64,000 nt of DNA from Eledone cirrhosa. Its lineage: Eukaryota. The position numbers were made by a program, and so were the translations under genes. Under the pieces are notes generated by a model that saw nothing but the letters and a program-made list of their open reading frames with translations, had not been told where the DNA came from and ran no database searches. Every line of letters begins with the position of its first letter. Position 1 is the stretch's first letter. Positions 27,526 to 39,921 of the stretch are shown here, one piece after another. The stretch covers positions 61,628,001-61,692,000 of the forward strand of contig OZ024747.1 of assembly GCA_964016885.1 (NCBI GenBank). The letters are read 5' to 3'.

Positions 27526-28910
27526 TCATCATCATCATCATCATCAGGTTTAGCGTCCGTGTTCCACGCTTGCATGGGTTTGGACGGGGGTTTTCCCACT
27601 TGAGGCAAGAGTGGTTGTCTTGCTCGCATAGGACTGTCTGGCGGGTTTTCTACAGTTGGATGCCCTTCCTAACACCAACCACATTTACAGTGTGGGGCTG
27701 GGAGGTTTTTACCGTGTTGCCTACACGGCCACATTACAGCGTGGACTGTCTGGCGGGTTTTCTACAGCTGGATGCCCTTCCTAACACCAACCACATTTAC
27801 AGTGTGGGGCTGGGAGGTTTTTACCGTGTTGCCTACACGGCCACATTACAGCGTGGACTGTGTGTTTTTTTGTCGTGACACCTACACGATCTCATTTGTT
27901 TCGGCCTGGATGTTGTGGGACCAACATAACTTTACATTGAAAGGGGCGGTGTGGATGGGGTGGAGGTGGTGGGACGGGGGGGGGGGGGGGGTTTGATAGA
28001 GATGCCTACTGACTGTAGTAGGTTTTTACTTTGTATTTAGGTAAGGCGGGTCTTCTCTATTACTGAGTACCGCCAAAGGTCTCGGTCCAGTGACATTGTC
28101 TTGGAGAGGTGTAAGCGTGTGAGGTCGGAATTTATCAGCTCGTCCCATGTTTTTCTGGGTCTGCCTACTCCGTGGCTACCGTCTATCTTTATTGCCCTGC
28201 ACTTTGTTATACAGCTGTCGTCTTTCATGCGCATCACGTGACCGTACCAACGTAGCCTTCTCTCGAGTAAACAACATCTGATCCCTCTTATTTCTAATTT
28301 TTTCCTTAGTTCGTTTATGCTTTGCCGTTCACGTATATTACTATTGCACATCCAGCGGAGCATGCAAGCTTCGTTCCTCTCTAGTCTGCGTATATCCTCT
28401 GCACACAATGCCCAGGTCTCACTGCCATGCAGCATTGCTGTTCGTATGCAGGCATCGTATAACCTGCCTTTCATTTTTAGGGAGAACCCTCTAGCGGCTA
28501 ATAGTGGTATAAGCTCTCTGAACTTTTTCCATCCAGTTCTGACTCTAGCTACAGTACTTTCAGAGCACCCTCCCCCACTGCTGATTTTGTCACCCAGGTA
28601 ACGGAAGCTGTCCACTATTTCTATAGAACCCTCTGCGCAGTTGAAGGAGCTAGTATTTTGTGGGCACTTGCTGCTACTTATTGCACCAGAGCACCGGCCA
28701 CATGTAAAATCTATGTTCTTAGTTAGCTTACCTGTGATCCCACTACATCTTTTATGCACCCATACTTTGCATTTGGGACATAAAATGGAGTTTCTACCTA
28801 CGCCTTTCCTACACACTGAGCATGGCCATTTCCCAGATGGGACTGCCGCCTTATTTTCTTTCCTACAAACTAGAACTTTAGTCTTAGCCAGGTTAATTTT
28901 AAGGCCTTTT
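27523..28910 (-). mobile_element. 5'-truncated RTE LINE, sister of 24225-26289, flanked by (TA)n
   Basis: ORF 28037-28816 nearly identical to the C-terminal half of the + copy; same 3' UTR with a 112-bp tandem duplication; (CAT)n tail. Confidence 0.95.
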
Positions 28911-28976
28911 TATTATATATATATATATATATATATATAGTTTTAATATAGATGCTCCGATTCAACCCGGAATAAC

Positions 28977-29042
<66 letters not shown>

Positions 29043-29180
29043 GCACAACACACTGCATACACACACACACACATAAGCACAACACACTGCATACACACAC
29101 ACACATATATATACACACACACACATAAGCACAACACACTGCATACACACACACACACATATATACACACACACACACTC

Positions 29181-29213
<33 letters not shown>

Positions 29214-29241
29214 TAAGTACAACACACTGCATACACACACA

Positions 29242-29303
<62 letters not shown>

Positions 29304-29532
29304 TGTAATAAACAACATAAGGCAATTATTCCATCTACCAGTGGTTTCTTAAAAGCAAAAAATGTTGCTTTCAATCATCAGAATGAAAAAATCCTGGTCT
29401 ATTTATTGATATTGGATTTTAAAAACAAAAATGCAATCTATATGAAAGTGAGGCTGGAGAAGGAAGAAGGAAAGGAAAAATAAAATAAAAACACACATGC
29501 AAACACACACACACACACACAATTATATACAT

Positions 29533-29571
<39 letters not shown>

Positions 29572-30023
29572 CACTCATACACACACACACACATATACAC
29601 ATATATATGTGTATATATATACACACATACACATACATATACATACATACACACATAAATATCAACATATCCATACATACGCATACATATATACACACAT
29701 ATATATAAAAATATAAATATATATATATATATATATACATATATGCATACACATACACATACATAGCCATACACACATACATATACATACATACATACAT
29801 ACACACAATCATACCTATATACACACGTACATACATACACATACATAAATGCATACATATGCATGCACAAAATTAGAAAAATATATACACACCTCTACAT
29901 ATTCACACACGCAAATAAATATAAGAAAAAATATATATAAAATAATAAAAGAAAATTATAAAGTTGACACATATATATATATATATATATATAATATATA
30001 AGAACAAAAGATGGTTAAAAGAG

Positions 30024-30105
30024 TTCCATGTATTTTATTATGCGCATTTCAAAAACAAATATCATCATGCAATAATATTTGTGTTTTCATCAGATAAAAC
30101 AGGAA
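30024..30105 (-). ncRNA. Type I hammerhead ribozyme (mirror copy)
   Basis: Exact reverse complement of 30216-30297. Confidence 0.75.
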
Positions 30106-30215
30106 GACATGATATGAAGGTTAAAAAACACTTGTGGATAGTGCAGTTTTAAATCAACATATGTTGATTTAAAACTGCACTATCCACAAGTGTTTTTTAA
30201 CCTTCATATCATGTC

Positions 30216-30297
30216 TTCCTGTTTTATCTGATGAAAACACAAATATTATTGCATGATGATATTTGTTTTTGAAATGCGCATAATAAAATACATGGAA
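30216..30297 (+). ncRNA. Type I hammerhead ribozyme
   Basis: Stem I TGTTTTAT/ATAAAATA; CTGATGA 30228-30234; long stem II 30235-30270; GAAA 30271-30274; palindromic stem III ATGCGCAT; AUA cleavage triplet ending at 30282. Confidence 0.78.
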
Positions 30298-30527
30298 CTC
30301 TTTTAACCATCTTTTGTTCTTATATATTATGTATACTCCAGTCCTACAAACTGTAGAGTGCTTCTTATCCGATATCTGCATTGCTTTATTGTACTACAAT
30401 AAAACTCACCTCCTATATATATATATATATATATGTACACACACACAATGAACACAACCACAACACACTGCACACACACATATATATACATACACACACA
30501 CATATGCACACACACACACACATATAC

Positions 30528-31499
30528 AGTGTGTATGTGCCTGTATGTTGGTGTGTGTGTATCAGTGTATGTGTCAGCATGTTGGTGTGTGTGTGTGTGT
30601 GTATCAGTGTATGTGTCAGTATGTTAGTGTGTGTATCAGTGTGTGTATCAGTGTATGTGTCAATGTATCAGTGTATGTGTCAGTATGTTAGTGTGTGTTT
30701 ATTGGTGTATGTGTGTATCAGTGTATGTGTCAATGTATCAATGTATGTGTATCAGTGTGTGTGTGTATCAGTGTATGTGTCAATGTATCAGTGCGTGTGT
30801 ATCAGTGTATGTGTGTATCAGTGTGTGTGTGTATCAGTGTATGTGTCAGTATGTTGGTGTGTGTGTATCAGTGTATGTGTCAATGTATCAGTGCATGTGT
30901 ATCAGTGTATGTGTCAATGTATCAGTGTGTGTGTCTATCAGTGTATGTGTCAATGTATCAGTGCGTGTGTATCAGTGTATGTGTCAATGTATCAGTGCGT
31001 GTGTATCAGTGTATGTGTGTATCAGTGTGTGTGTGTATCAGTGTATGTGTCAGTATGTTGGTGTGTGTGTATCAGTGTATGTGTCAATGTATCAGTGCGT
31101 GTGTATCAGTGTATGTGTCAATGTATCAGTGTGTGTGTCTATCAGTGTATGTGTCAATGTATCAGTGCGTGTGTATCAGTGTATGTGTCAATGTATCAGT
31201 GCGTGTATATCAGTGTATGTGTGTATCAGTGTGTGTGTGTATCAGTGTATGTGTCAGTATGTTGGTGTGTGTGTATCAGTGTATGTGTCAATGTATCAGT
31301 GCGTGTGTATCAGTGTATGTGTCAATGTATCAGTGTGTGTGTCTATCAGTGTATGTGTCAATGTATCAGTGCGTGTGTATCAGTGTATGTGTCAATGTAT
31401 CAGTGCGTGTGTATCAGTGTATGTGTGTATCAGTGTGTGTGTGTATCAGTGTATGTGTCAATGTATCAGTGCGTGTCTATCAGTGTATGTGTGTGTGTG
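30528..31499. repeat. Minisatellite of GTATCAGTGT(ATGTGTCAAT) units
   Basis: Directly visible. Confidence 0.95.
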
Positions 31500-31574
31500 A
31501 AGCTATGAGTAAAAAACAGAAATCTCTACATTTAGTTTCTTATCAGCTTAATTCAAGTTGTTTGTAGTAAAGAG

Positions 31575-31712
31575 TTGGTGTTGTTGTTGTTGGTGGCGGT
31601 GGTGGTGGTGGAGGTGGTGGTGGTAATGATGATTGCGGTGTTGTTGTTGTTGTTGTTGGTGGTGGTGGCGGTGGTGGTGGAGGTGGTGGTGGTAATGATG
31701 ATTGCGGTGTTG

Positions 31713-31744
<32 letters not shown>

Positions 31745-32255
31745 GGTGGTGGTGGTGGTGGTGGTGGTGGTGGTGGTGGTTGGGATAATGGAGGTGGTGG
31801 TGCTGGTGGTGGTGTTGATGTTTGTGATAATGATGGTGGTGGTGGTGGTGGTAATAATTGTTTCTACTTTTTGGCACAAGGCCAGCAATTACCCAGTGTA
31901 TTACTGGTACTTTATTTTATCGACCCCGTAAGGATGAAAGGCAAAATAATGGTTGTGATAATGGTGGTATTAGTGGTGGTGGTGGTGATAATGTTGGTGA
32001 TAATGGTGATATTAGTGGTGGTGGTAGTGATAATGGTGGTGATAATGGTGATGATAATGGTGATATTAGTGGTGGTGGTAGTGATAATGGTGGTATTAGT
32101 GGTGGTGGTGGTGATAATGTTGGTGATAATGTTGGTGATAATGGTGATATTAGTGGTGGTGGTAGTGATAATGGTGGTGATAATGGTGATGATAATGGTG
32201 ATATTAGTGGTGGTGGTAGTGATAATGGTGGTATTAGTGGTGGTGGTGGTGGTTA
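31575..32255. repeat. (GGT)/(GTT)/(GAT) repeats containing a family-B SINE tail fragment (31857-31945)
   Basis: Directly visible. Confidence 0.9.
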
Positions 32256-32671
32256 GGGGTGAGTGACAGTAGATGTGTTGCTGATATTGGTAAAGAATAT
32301 CTGGTGTGGGGAGAAGGAACAGGAATATTAAACAACTAAAATGAGAATTCTATGTTATTCTAGGAAATCTATAATAAATGTTGATATTTGCTAAGTAGTA
32401 TATCATTTTCTTATTCTATTGTATTATAATTATTGCATCGTGTTATTTATTAGAAACGACATCATCATCATCATCATCATTATTGTTATTATCTATATTT
32501 ATGCATAGTTTATTTTATATTTTTATATTTTCATTGTTAAATTAGTCTTGCCATTGTGCACTTTTACTCGACCTTATTGTAAACCCCCACTGTCCCTGTC
32601 TTTGTATTGTCCCCTACATGTCGGCCCTTGTGGCTAATAAATGTTATTATTATTATTATTGTTCTGGATGG

Positions 32672-33833
32672 TTGGTGGATTGTCAGTATCGGTAGAGGGT
32701 CGGACGCCATGCTTTCCAGCATAGTTACGTCCCTTTACGATCTGAGTTCAAATCCCGCCGAGGTTGACTTTGCCTTTCATCCTTACGGGGTCGATAAAAT
32801 AAAAGTACCAGTAATGCACTGGGTAATTGCTGGCCTTGTGCCTAAAGTAGAAACAATTATTGTTATTGTTATTGTTATTGTTGTTGTTGTTGTTTTAGTT
32901 GTATAGTAATAATTGTTTCTACTTTAGGCACAAGGCCAGCAATTACCCAGTACATTACTGGTACTTCATTTTATATATAATATAATTGTTTCTATTTTTT
33001 GGCACAAGGCCAGCAATTATCCTGTACATTACTGGTACTTTATTTTATATATAATATAATTGTTTCTACTTTAGGCACAAGGCCAGCAATTACCCAGTGC
33101 ATTACTGGTACTTTATTTTATATATAATATAATTGTTTCTACTTTAGGCACAAGGCCAGCAATTACCCAGTACATTACTGGTACTTTATTTTATCGACCC
33201 CGTAAGGATGAAAGGTAAAGTTAACCTCGGCGGGATTTGAACTCAGACTGTAAAGGGACGTAACTATGCTAGAAAGCATGGACTCCGACCCTCTACCGAT
33301 ACTGCCAATTCACCGAGTAATAATAATTATTATATTAAAATAATAACAACAATAATAATTATAAAGGCAGTGGATTGACAGTATCAGTAGAGAGTCGGAC
33401 GCCATGCTTTGCAGCATAGAGTTACGGTTTGAGTTCAAATCCCACGGAGATTAACTTTGCCTTTCATCCTTACGGGGTTAATAAAGTAAAGTACCAGTGA
33501 CGTACTGGGGTTGATTTAATTGACTTTCTCCTCCACAAAAAAATTGTTGCCTTGTACCTGAATGAGAAAACAGAATTGGCAGTATCGGTAGAGGGTCGGA
33601 CATGCTTTCCAGCATAGTTACGTCCCTTTACGTTCTGAGTTCAAATCCCGCCGAGATTAACTTTGCCTTTCATCCATACAGGATCGATAAAATAAAGTAC
33701 CAGTAATGTACTGGGTAATTTTCTGGCCTTGTACCAAAAGTAGAAACAATTATTACTACAGCTATTTGAATATTTATCTCTGAACTAATAAATCTTGCAG
33801 GCCATGCTGTTTAGCGTGGTGATTAGTAGCATA

Positions 33834-33868
<35 letters not shown>

Positions 33869-34550
33869 AATACTAATGACAATAATAACTGTTTCTACTT
33901 TTGTCACAAGGCCAGCAATTTGAAGAGAAGGGGGTAAACTTGATTAAATTACCCCCAGTGCATTACTGGTATTTTATTCTATCGACCCCATAAGTAGGGT
34001 TAGATTTAGACCTTGGAGGGCCCGGGCAACTTCAGGTTTGGAGGGGCCCTAGAATATGCAGCAAAGCCCCACAATTTCAATATCAAAGTTAGCTTGGTGC
34101 AAGTAATTGGAATTGAGAAGTTCCAATACAGGTATTAGATGGTAGTAAATTCAAAAAGTCTAACCATGCTAAAACTAAAATGCCTAGCTGAGGACACAAA
34201 TAAATTGCTACAGCCATCACTGGTGAGGCCCTCCACTCCAGGGGTCTGGGGAAATTGTCCCCTTTGCTCTCCATTCAATCCAGCCCTGCTTCTAAGGATA
34301 AACAGTAAAGCTAACCTTAGCAGGATTTGAACTCAGAATGTAATCATTCTTTCTAGCATTGGTTCAAAGCCAGTAATTTAGGGAAAGGGGAAAGTGTTGA
34401 TCATATCTACTCCAGTATTTAACTGGTATTTTATTTTATCAGCCCCAGAAAGATGCAAGGTAAAGTTGACTCTAGTAGAATTTGAACTCAGAACATAGAA
34501 AGTTGTTACTAAACACGACAAAGTATTTTGTGCAATGCTCTACCAATCCA
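32672..34550. mobile_element. Cluster of family-B SINEs in both orientations (+ 32672-32860; - 32908-33317 with four tandem tails; + 33366-33570; + 33575-33755; - 33890-34340; - 34350-34550)
   Basis: Repeated family-B head, core and tail motifs. Confidence 0.88.
33995..34288. mobile_element. hAT-type MITE inserted in a family-B SINE
   Basis: TAGGGTTAGATTTA ... TCAATCCAGCCCTG; SINE core ATCGACCCCATAAG resumes as TAAGGATAAACAGTAAAG. Confidence 0.7.
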
Positions 34551-34681
34551 CTCCCAATCCACATCCACCATCTTGATAAAGACAATAGTCATAATGCTGA
34601 TAATGATGATTATGATGATGAAAAGAAATACTTCCACAACTACAGCTGTCTCTGATCCTAAACTGACAAGTTTATGTACCA

Positions 34682-34767
<86 letters not shown>

Positions 34768-35205
34768 ACACACCTTACACTCAAGCTATGAATATTTTCC
34801 CTACAAACATGAATAAACAAGAAAGTTCAAAGGAAGTATCAGCAACCTCAACCACACCAGTCTGAGAGGCCTGCAAAAGGCTACAAACACTGTTTCTCAT
34901 TTCACACATAAATACACATGATAAATCCCTTTACTTAGGCTGGTCAAGACCTTCCCCAAAATTTACTTTTCATGTCGTGGATCCAAGGAATATTAGAGTC
35001 TTCTGTTATTCTTCAGTCTTTTAATCAAAGAGAAAATGTGATAAATGCTGTACAGTGTAAATGACACTAAGGAAAAGGAAAAGAAACAGAAAAATGAAAT
35101 TAAACAACAAAAGAAAAGGTTAGGGGAAAAAGGGAGGGAGCAAGAAACTCTACGCCCCAGTCTGTGGTTTGTTTCAGCTGAGCCCTATGGATAAAATGGC
35201 AAAGG

Positions 35206-35531
35206 TGTTGCCACAGAGAATGGCTAGTGACACCCACTGCAACAGCCACCCTACCTCATGGGAGTCCTTCCTCAAGTGGCGTGTTGTCTTTCCAGTTTTA
35301 CAGAGGAAAACAGCAGTTCAGGGACTGAGGACACCTGAGGTCTTGATGGTGACCAACACGAAACGGAAGCAAATAGTGAAGCTCCTGAATACACAATCTT
35401 TTGTGTATTCAGTCCCTGAACTGCTGTTTTCCTCTGTAAAACTGGAAAGACAACACTCCACTTGAGGAAGGACTCCCATGAGGTAGGGTGGCTGTTGCAG
35501 TGGGTGTCACTAGCCATTCTCTGTGGCAACA
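35206..35531. repeat. 123-bp inverted repeat (35206-35328 / 35409-35531) with 80-bp spacer
   Basis: One mismatch seen; same peptide in opposite-strand ORFs. Confidence 0.93.
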
Positions 35532-35659
35532 TTTAAACTGAGTATATTAAGCTAATAAGACACCATTTAACCCTTTTGATACCAAACAACCAGAAACTAG
35601 TCATGGTTCTATGATACAAGGCTTATTTTAAAGTTTTTATCATTACCATCACCATTTAA

Positions 35660-35867
35660 CCCTTTAGCATTTACATTACTCTATATATACTATTATATTT
35701 TTATGGTAAAAGCTTTACCTCACATAATATTGAATCTATAAGATTTTGATATTATTTATTTTGAGAACAATACCTTAACATCAGTATGAGTGGTCGGTTA
35801 CAGCCGGTTTGAACAGAAAGAGGTGAGAGAACTCTGGTTGGATACGGCTGGTTTAAATGCTAAAGGG
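35660..35867. mobile_element. piggyBac-type MITE, clean copy
   Basis: TTAA|CCCTTTAGCATTTA ... TAAATGCTAAAGGG|TTAA, perfect 14-bp TIR. Confidence 0.88.
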
Positions 35868-36729
35868 TTAACATCTATTTTCCATGCTTACATAGATTAG
35901 ATTAGTTGCATGTTCTGAGGCTATATTAGTCAGATGACCATATGTTCCATTTTAGGCTTGGTTTCTATGACAGAATGACCTTTCTAATGCCAACCACCTT
36001 ACAGTGTGTACTGGGAGTATATTATTGTGATACCAGGGTGGACTGTTATAATTTAATTTAAAACATTCCCTCGTGCTTTTAAGTTAAGCTCCAAATGCCA
36101 GCTTAATAATGAAAGATTTAAGTGCATTACTAAATCCTCTCAAATTCTTGGTTATTTTCAAAATTATTTTAAAATTATAGACAATGTCTTCCATTGAAAA
36201 TATGGGAACGAAAGTGTTAAACTATTTTATTATTTGCACTTGTTATGTTAAAAATCAACTGCAGCTTTATTAGCTTTCTTATACAGGACACAATAAAACT
36301 GGTTTAGAACCTTAAAAGCCTTCTTTCGGTAGAAGAAACATTTGTTTCCTCTTCCTAATGTTTTACTTTTTGGCTTTTAAACAGAGAACAATGTCAATGA
36401 CAAACTATGAATTAAACATTCTTCATTTATTAAACCAATATTATCAAGTTTTAGACCTCTATGAACTCTTATAGAATTGTTACTAGAAAAGAATCAGTGT
36501 TAATTAGAGCTGAGTGAAAGGATCTTTTGTATTTAGATTTTTTTTTTTAATTTCCAAACCTTTGGGAATGTAAAGAGCTGTCAAGGAAAGATAACTCACT
36601 ATCTTAACAATATACATCTAATACTGCATACCATTTATAAATTTGGTTTTTATTAAAGGCTGAGGTAGTGAAATAGTCTTCAACATTACTGTGTTAACAA
36701 AAACAACAAACAACAAAATTCAATAGTGA

Positions 36730-37945
36730 CCTCCACCACCACTACTACTACCACTACCACCACCACTACTACTACCACTATTACCACCACTACCACCACC
36801 ACCACCACCCTTGTCCCTATCACTACTGCCATCACTACTACTACTACCACTATTACCACCAGCACTACTACTACCACTATTACCACCACTACTACTACCA
36901 CCACCACTACCACCACCACTACCACCACCACCACCACCATTGTCCCTATCACTACTGCCATCACTACTACTGCTACCACTATTACCACCAGCACTACTAC
37001 TACCACTATTACCACCACCACTACTACCACCACCACTACCACCACCACCATCACTGTCCCTATCACTACCACCATCACTACCGACACTACCACTATTACC
37101 ATCACCACCACTACTACCACCACCACAACTTCTACCACCAACACCACCACTACCGCCACCACCATTACCACCACCAACACCAACACCCCCACCACTACCA
37201 ACATCACCACTACCACACCCACCACCATCACCACCACTACCAACACCACCACCATTACCACCACCACCACTACCACTACCACCACCGCCACCACCACCAC
37301 CACTACCGCTACCACCACTACTGCCGCCACTACCACCACCATCACTACAATCAACACTACCACAACCACCTCCACCGCCACCACCACCACCACCACCACC
37401 ACCACCACCACCACTACCACCACTACTGCCGCCACTACCACCACCATCACTACAATCAACACTACCACAACCACCACCACCACCACCACCACCACCACTA
37501 CCACCACTACTGCCGCCACTACCACCACCATCACTACAATCAACACTACCACAACCACCACCACCGCCACCACCACCACCACCACCACTACCACCACTAC
37601 TGCCGCCACTACCACCACCATCACTACAATCAACACTACCACAACCACCGCCACCACCACCACCACCACCACTACCACTACCACCACTACTGCCGCCACT
37701 ACCACCACCATCACTACAATTAACACTACCGCCACCACCGCCGCCACCACCACCACCACCACCACCACCACCACAACCACCATCACTACAATCAACACTA
37801 CCACTACCACCACCACCGACACCACCACCATCACCACCACCACTACCACCACCACTACAACCACCATCACTACAATCAACACTACCACCACCACCACCAC
37901 CACCACAACAACAACAACAACAACCATTACAACCACCACCACCGT
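36730..37945. repeat. (ACC)n/(ACT)n trinucleotide array with higher-order blocks
   Basis: Directly visible; poly-T/P/V ORFs. Confidence 0.95.
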
Positions 37946-38512
37946 CAATTTCTAGTCACTATAAATCAAAAAACAATGGTAAGATAAAAGCCCCACCAAA
38001 AATTCAAAGAGAATCTAAATGGCAACATTGTTTATATTAAATCTAATTTGTTATAAAACATATTGTATTTCAACAAGAATTGGCAGGGTACCTCATTATC
38101 AATTCACTAACCAATCAAAATCTTAGAATCACCTATTTGTTTTTGTTTGGTATTTTTTTTTCATACCTTATCCCCACCCCTCAGCCCCACCCATCTCATG
38201 CTTTTTTTATTATTACTTAGATTGGGGGTTTTTTTTAAGGTTTTTTTTTATGTTTTTGTTTCATATAGTTTTTCTTAGTTTTCCACATGATTGATTCTTC
38301 CAAGAACAAGATCTCTGGCAAATGATGTTTATTACACTCTATCCCCATTTTTTTAATTATTTTTCATCTCAAACACTCTCTACATGAAAGAGAATACTTT
38401 TATGGTAATAAATAACCAAATATATACATATATATATATGTATGTATATATATATGTGTGTGTGTATACATATATTTATATATATGTGTGTACATATATA
38501 TATATGTGTATG

Positions 38513-38546
<34 letters not shown>

Positions 38547-38631
38547 CATATATATATATATATATTTGTATATATATGTATATATTATATATATATATAT
38601 ATATGTATGTATATATATATATGTATATATG

Positions 38632-39240
38632 TCAGGTCACCAGTTGGTGCTACTGGTAACGTGTATCCCAGTACAACCTGTCTCATGGTCGGGTCGTTGG
38701 CGACTAAACTGGCAACCCCACCAAGGTTTCTTGGTGAGGAGGGTGACTTTGGACATCCTGCAGGACTAAAAACAAAACCTGTCAAAGGGCAAAGGAGCTC
38801 TTAAGAGTCAATGGCCATCCAAAATCACCGGGAGAGATGACCCCTTAGCCTTTGTCAAGGCAGAATTCTAGGAGAAGGAAAACTCTGATATAACACCTGC
38901 AACCCTGATGGTATCCAATGATGTTGACTTGTTCTTCTTTTTGGTAAATATCATCTTGGTTAAGAGAGTGGGACTGGCTTTGTGCAGTGCCTTTGCTCAC
39001 TATAAAAGCTTCACGGCACAGGCATTGCTTTATATCTGGAGATCTCTCTGCACTTGTCGTCACATGGTACCATGGGCCCAGCACTATGTGTCAATAAGTA
39101 TCACAAGTGTAGTGTTTGTACCAGAGTTTTCAAGTCGCTGGCTGGACTAAAATGTCACACTCGTTCAGCGCATCGGTAGGGGTTCTCCTACATGGATATA
39201 AAGTAGTGGCCGTACTCGAAAACGAGTTGGCAGCCACCAT
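38632..39240 (+). mobile_element. Non-autonomous bipartite RTE-derived retroposon, probably full length, inside (TA)n
   Basis: RTE 5'UTR-like CTAGGAGAAGGAAAACTCTGA; 3' part encodes [25 protein letters not shown]; second copy at 11372-11781. Confidence 0.75.
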
Positions 39241-39548
39241 ATGTATATATATATATGTAAGTATATATATGTATATATATATATGTATGTATATATATGT
39301 ATATGTATGTATATATATGTATATATATATGTATATATATATATATATGTATATATATATGTATGTATATATATATATATGTATATATATATGTATGTAT
39401 ATATATATATATGTATATATATGTATGTATATATATATATATGTATATATATGTATGTATATATATATATATGTATGTATATATATATATATGTATATAT
39501 ATGTATATATATGTGTATATATATATGTGTATATATATATATATTTAG

Positions 39549-39612
<64 letters not shown>

Positions 39613-39617
39613 CATAT

Positions 39618-39882
39618 ATGATGTGTTGTTTCCTTGAGCAAGACTTTATTTCACATTGCTCCAGTTTACTCAGCTGTAGAAATGAGATGATAGGGACTGG
39701 GGTCCCTATCATTCCACTGCAAATGGTCATGGAGGTGTCACGGAAAAAAAGCACCCAGCCCACACTGCAAATGAGGTTGGTGTTAGGAAGGGGCATCCAG
39801 CTGTAGAAATCAAGCCAGAATCAGTTGCCGTCCCACCCTTGCAAGCAGGGAATAAGCGGACGTAAAATGAAATGATGATGAT
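39618..39882 (+). mobile_element. 5'-truncated family-A SINE
   Basis: Core and RTE-type tail as in 23675-24015. Confidence 0.9.
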
Positions 39883-39883
39883 T

Positions 39884-39921
<38 letters not shown>

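Larger units (their letters stand above)
29991..30330. repeat. Perfect spacerless 340-bp palindrome (170-bp arms), followed by a unique tail to ~30413; probable Penelope-like terminus
   Basis: Centre ..AAATCAACAT|ATGTTGATTT.. between 30160 and 30161; identical peptide appears in + and - ORFs. Confidence 0.93.

Noticed and set aside
29345-29395. Minus-strand CTGATGA-TT-GAAA with a 5-bp stem III
   Set aside because: No stem II, and stem I does not pair next to the core
38632-38790. HDV-like or twister ribozyme at the 5' end of the bipartite element (GGTCACC/GGTGACT pairing, hairpin followed by CTAA)
   Set aside because: Could not build P3/L3/P1.1 or the twister pseudoknots by eye; left for computational testing
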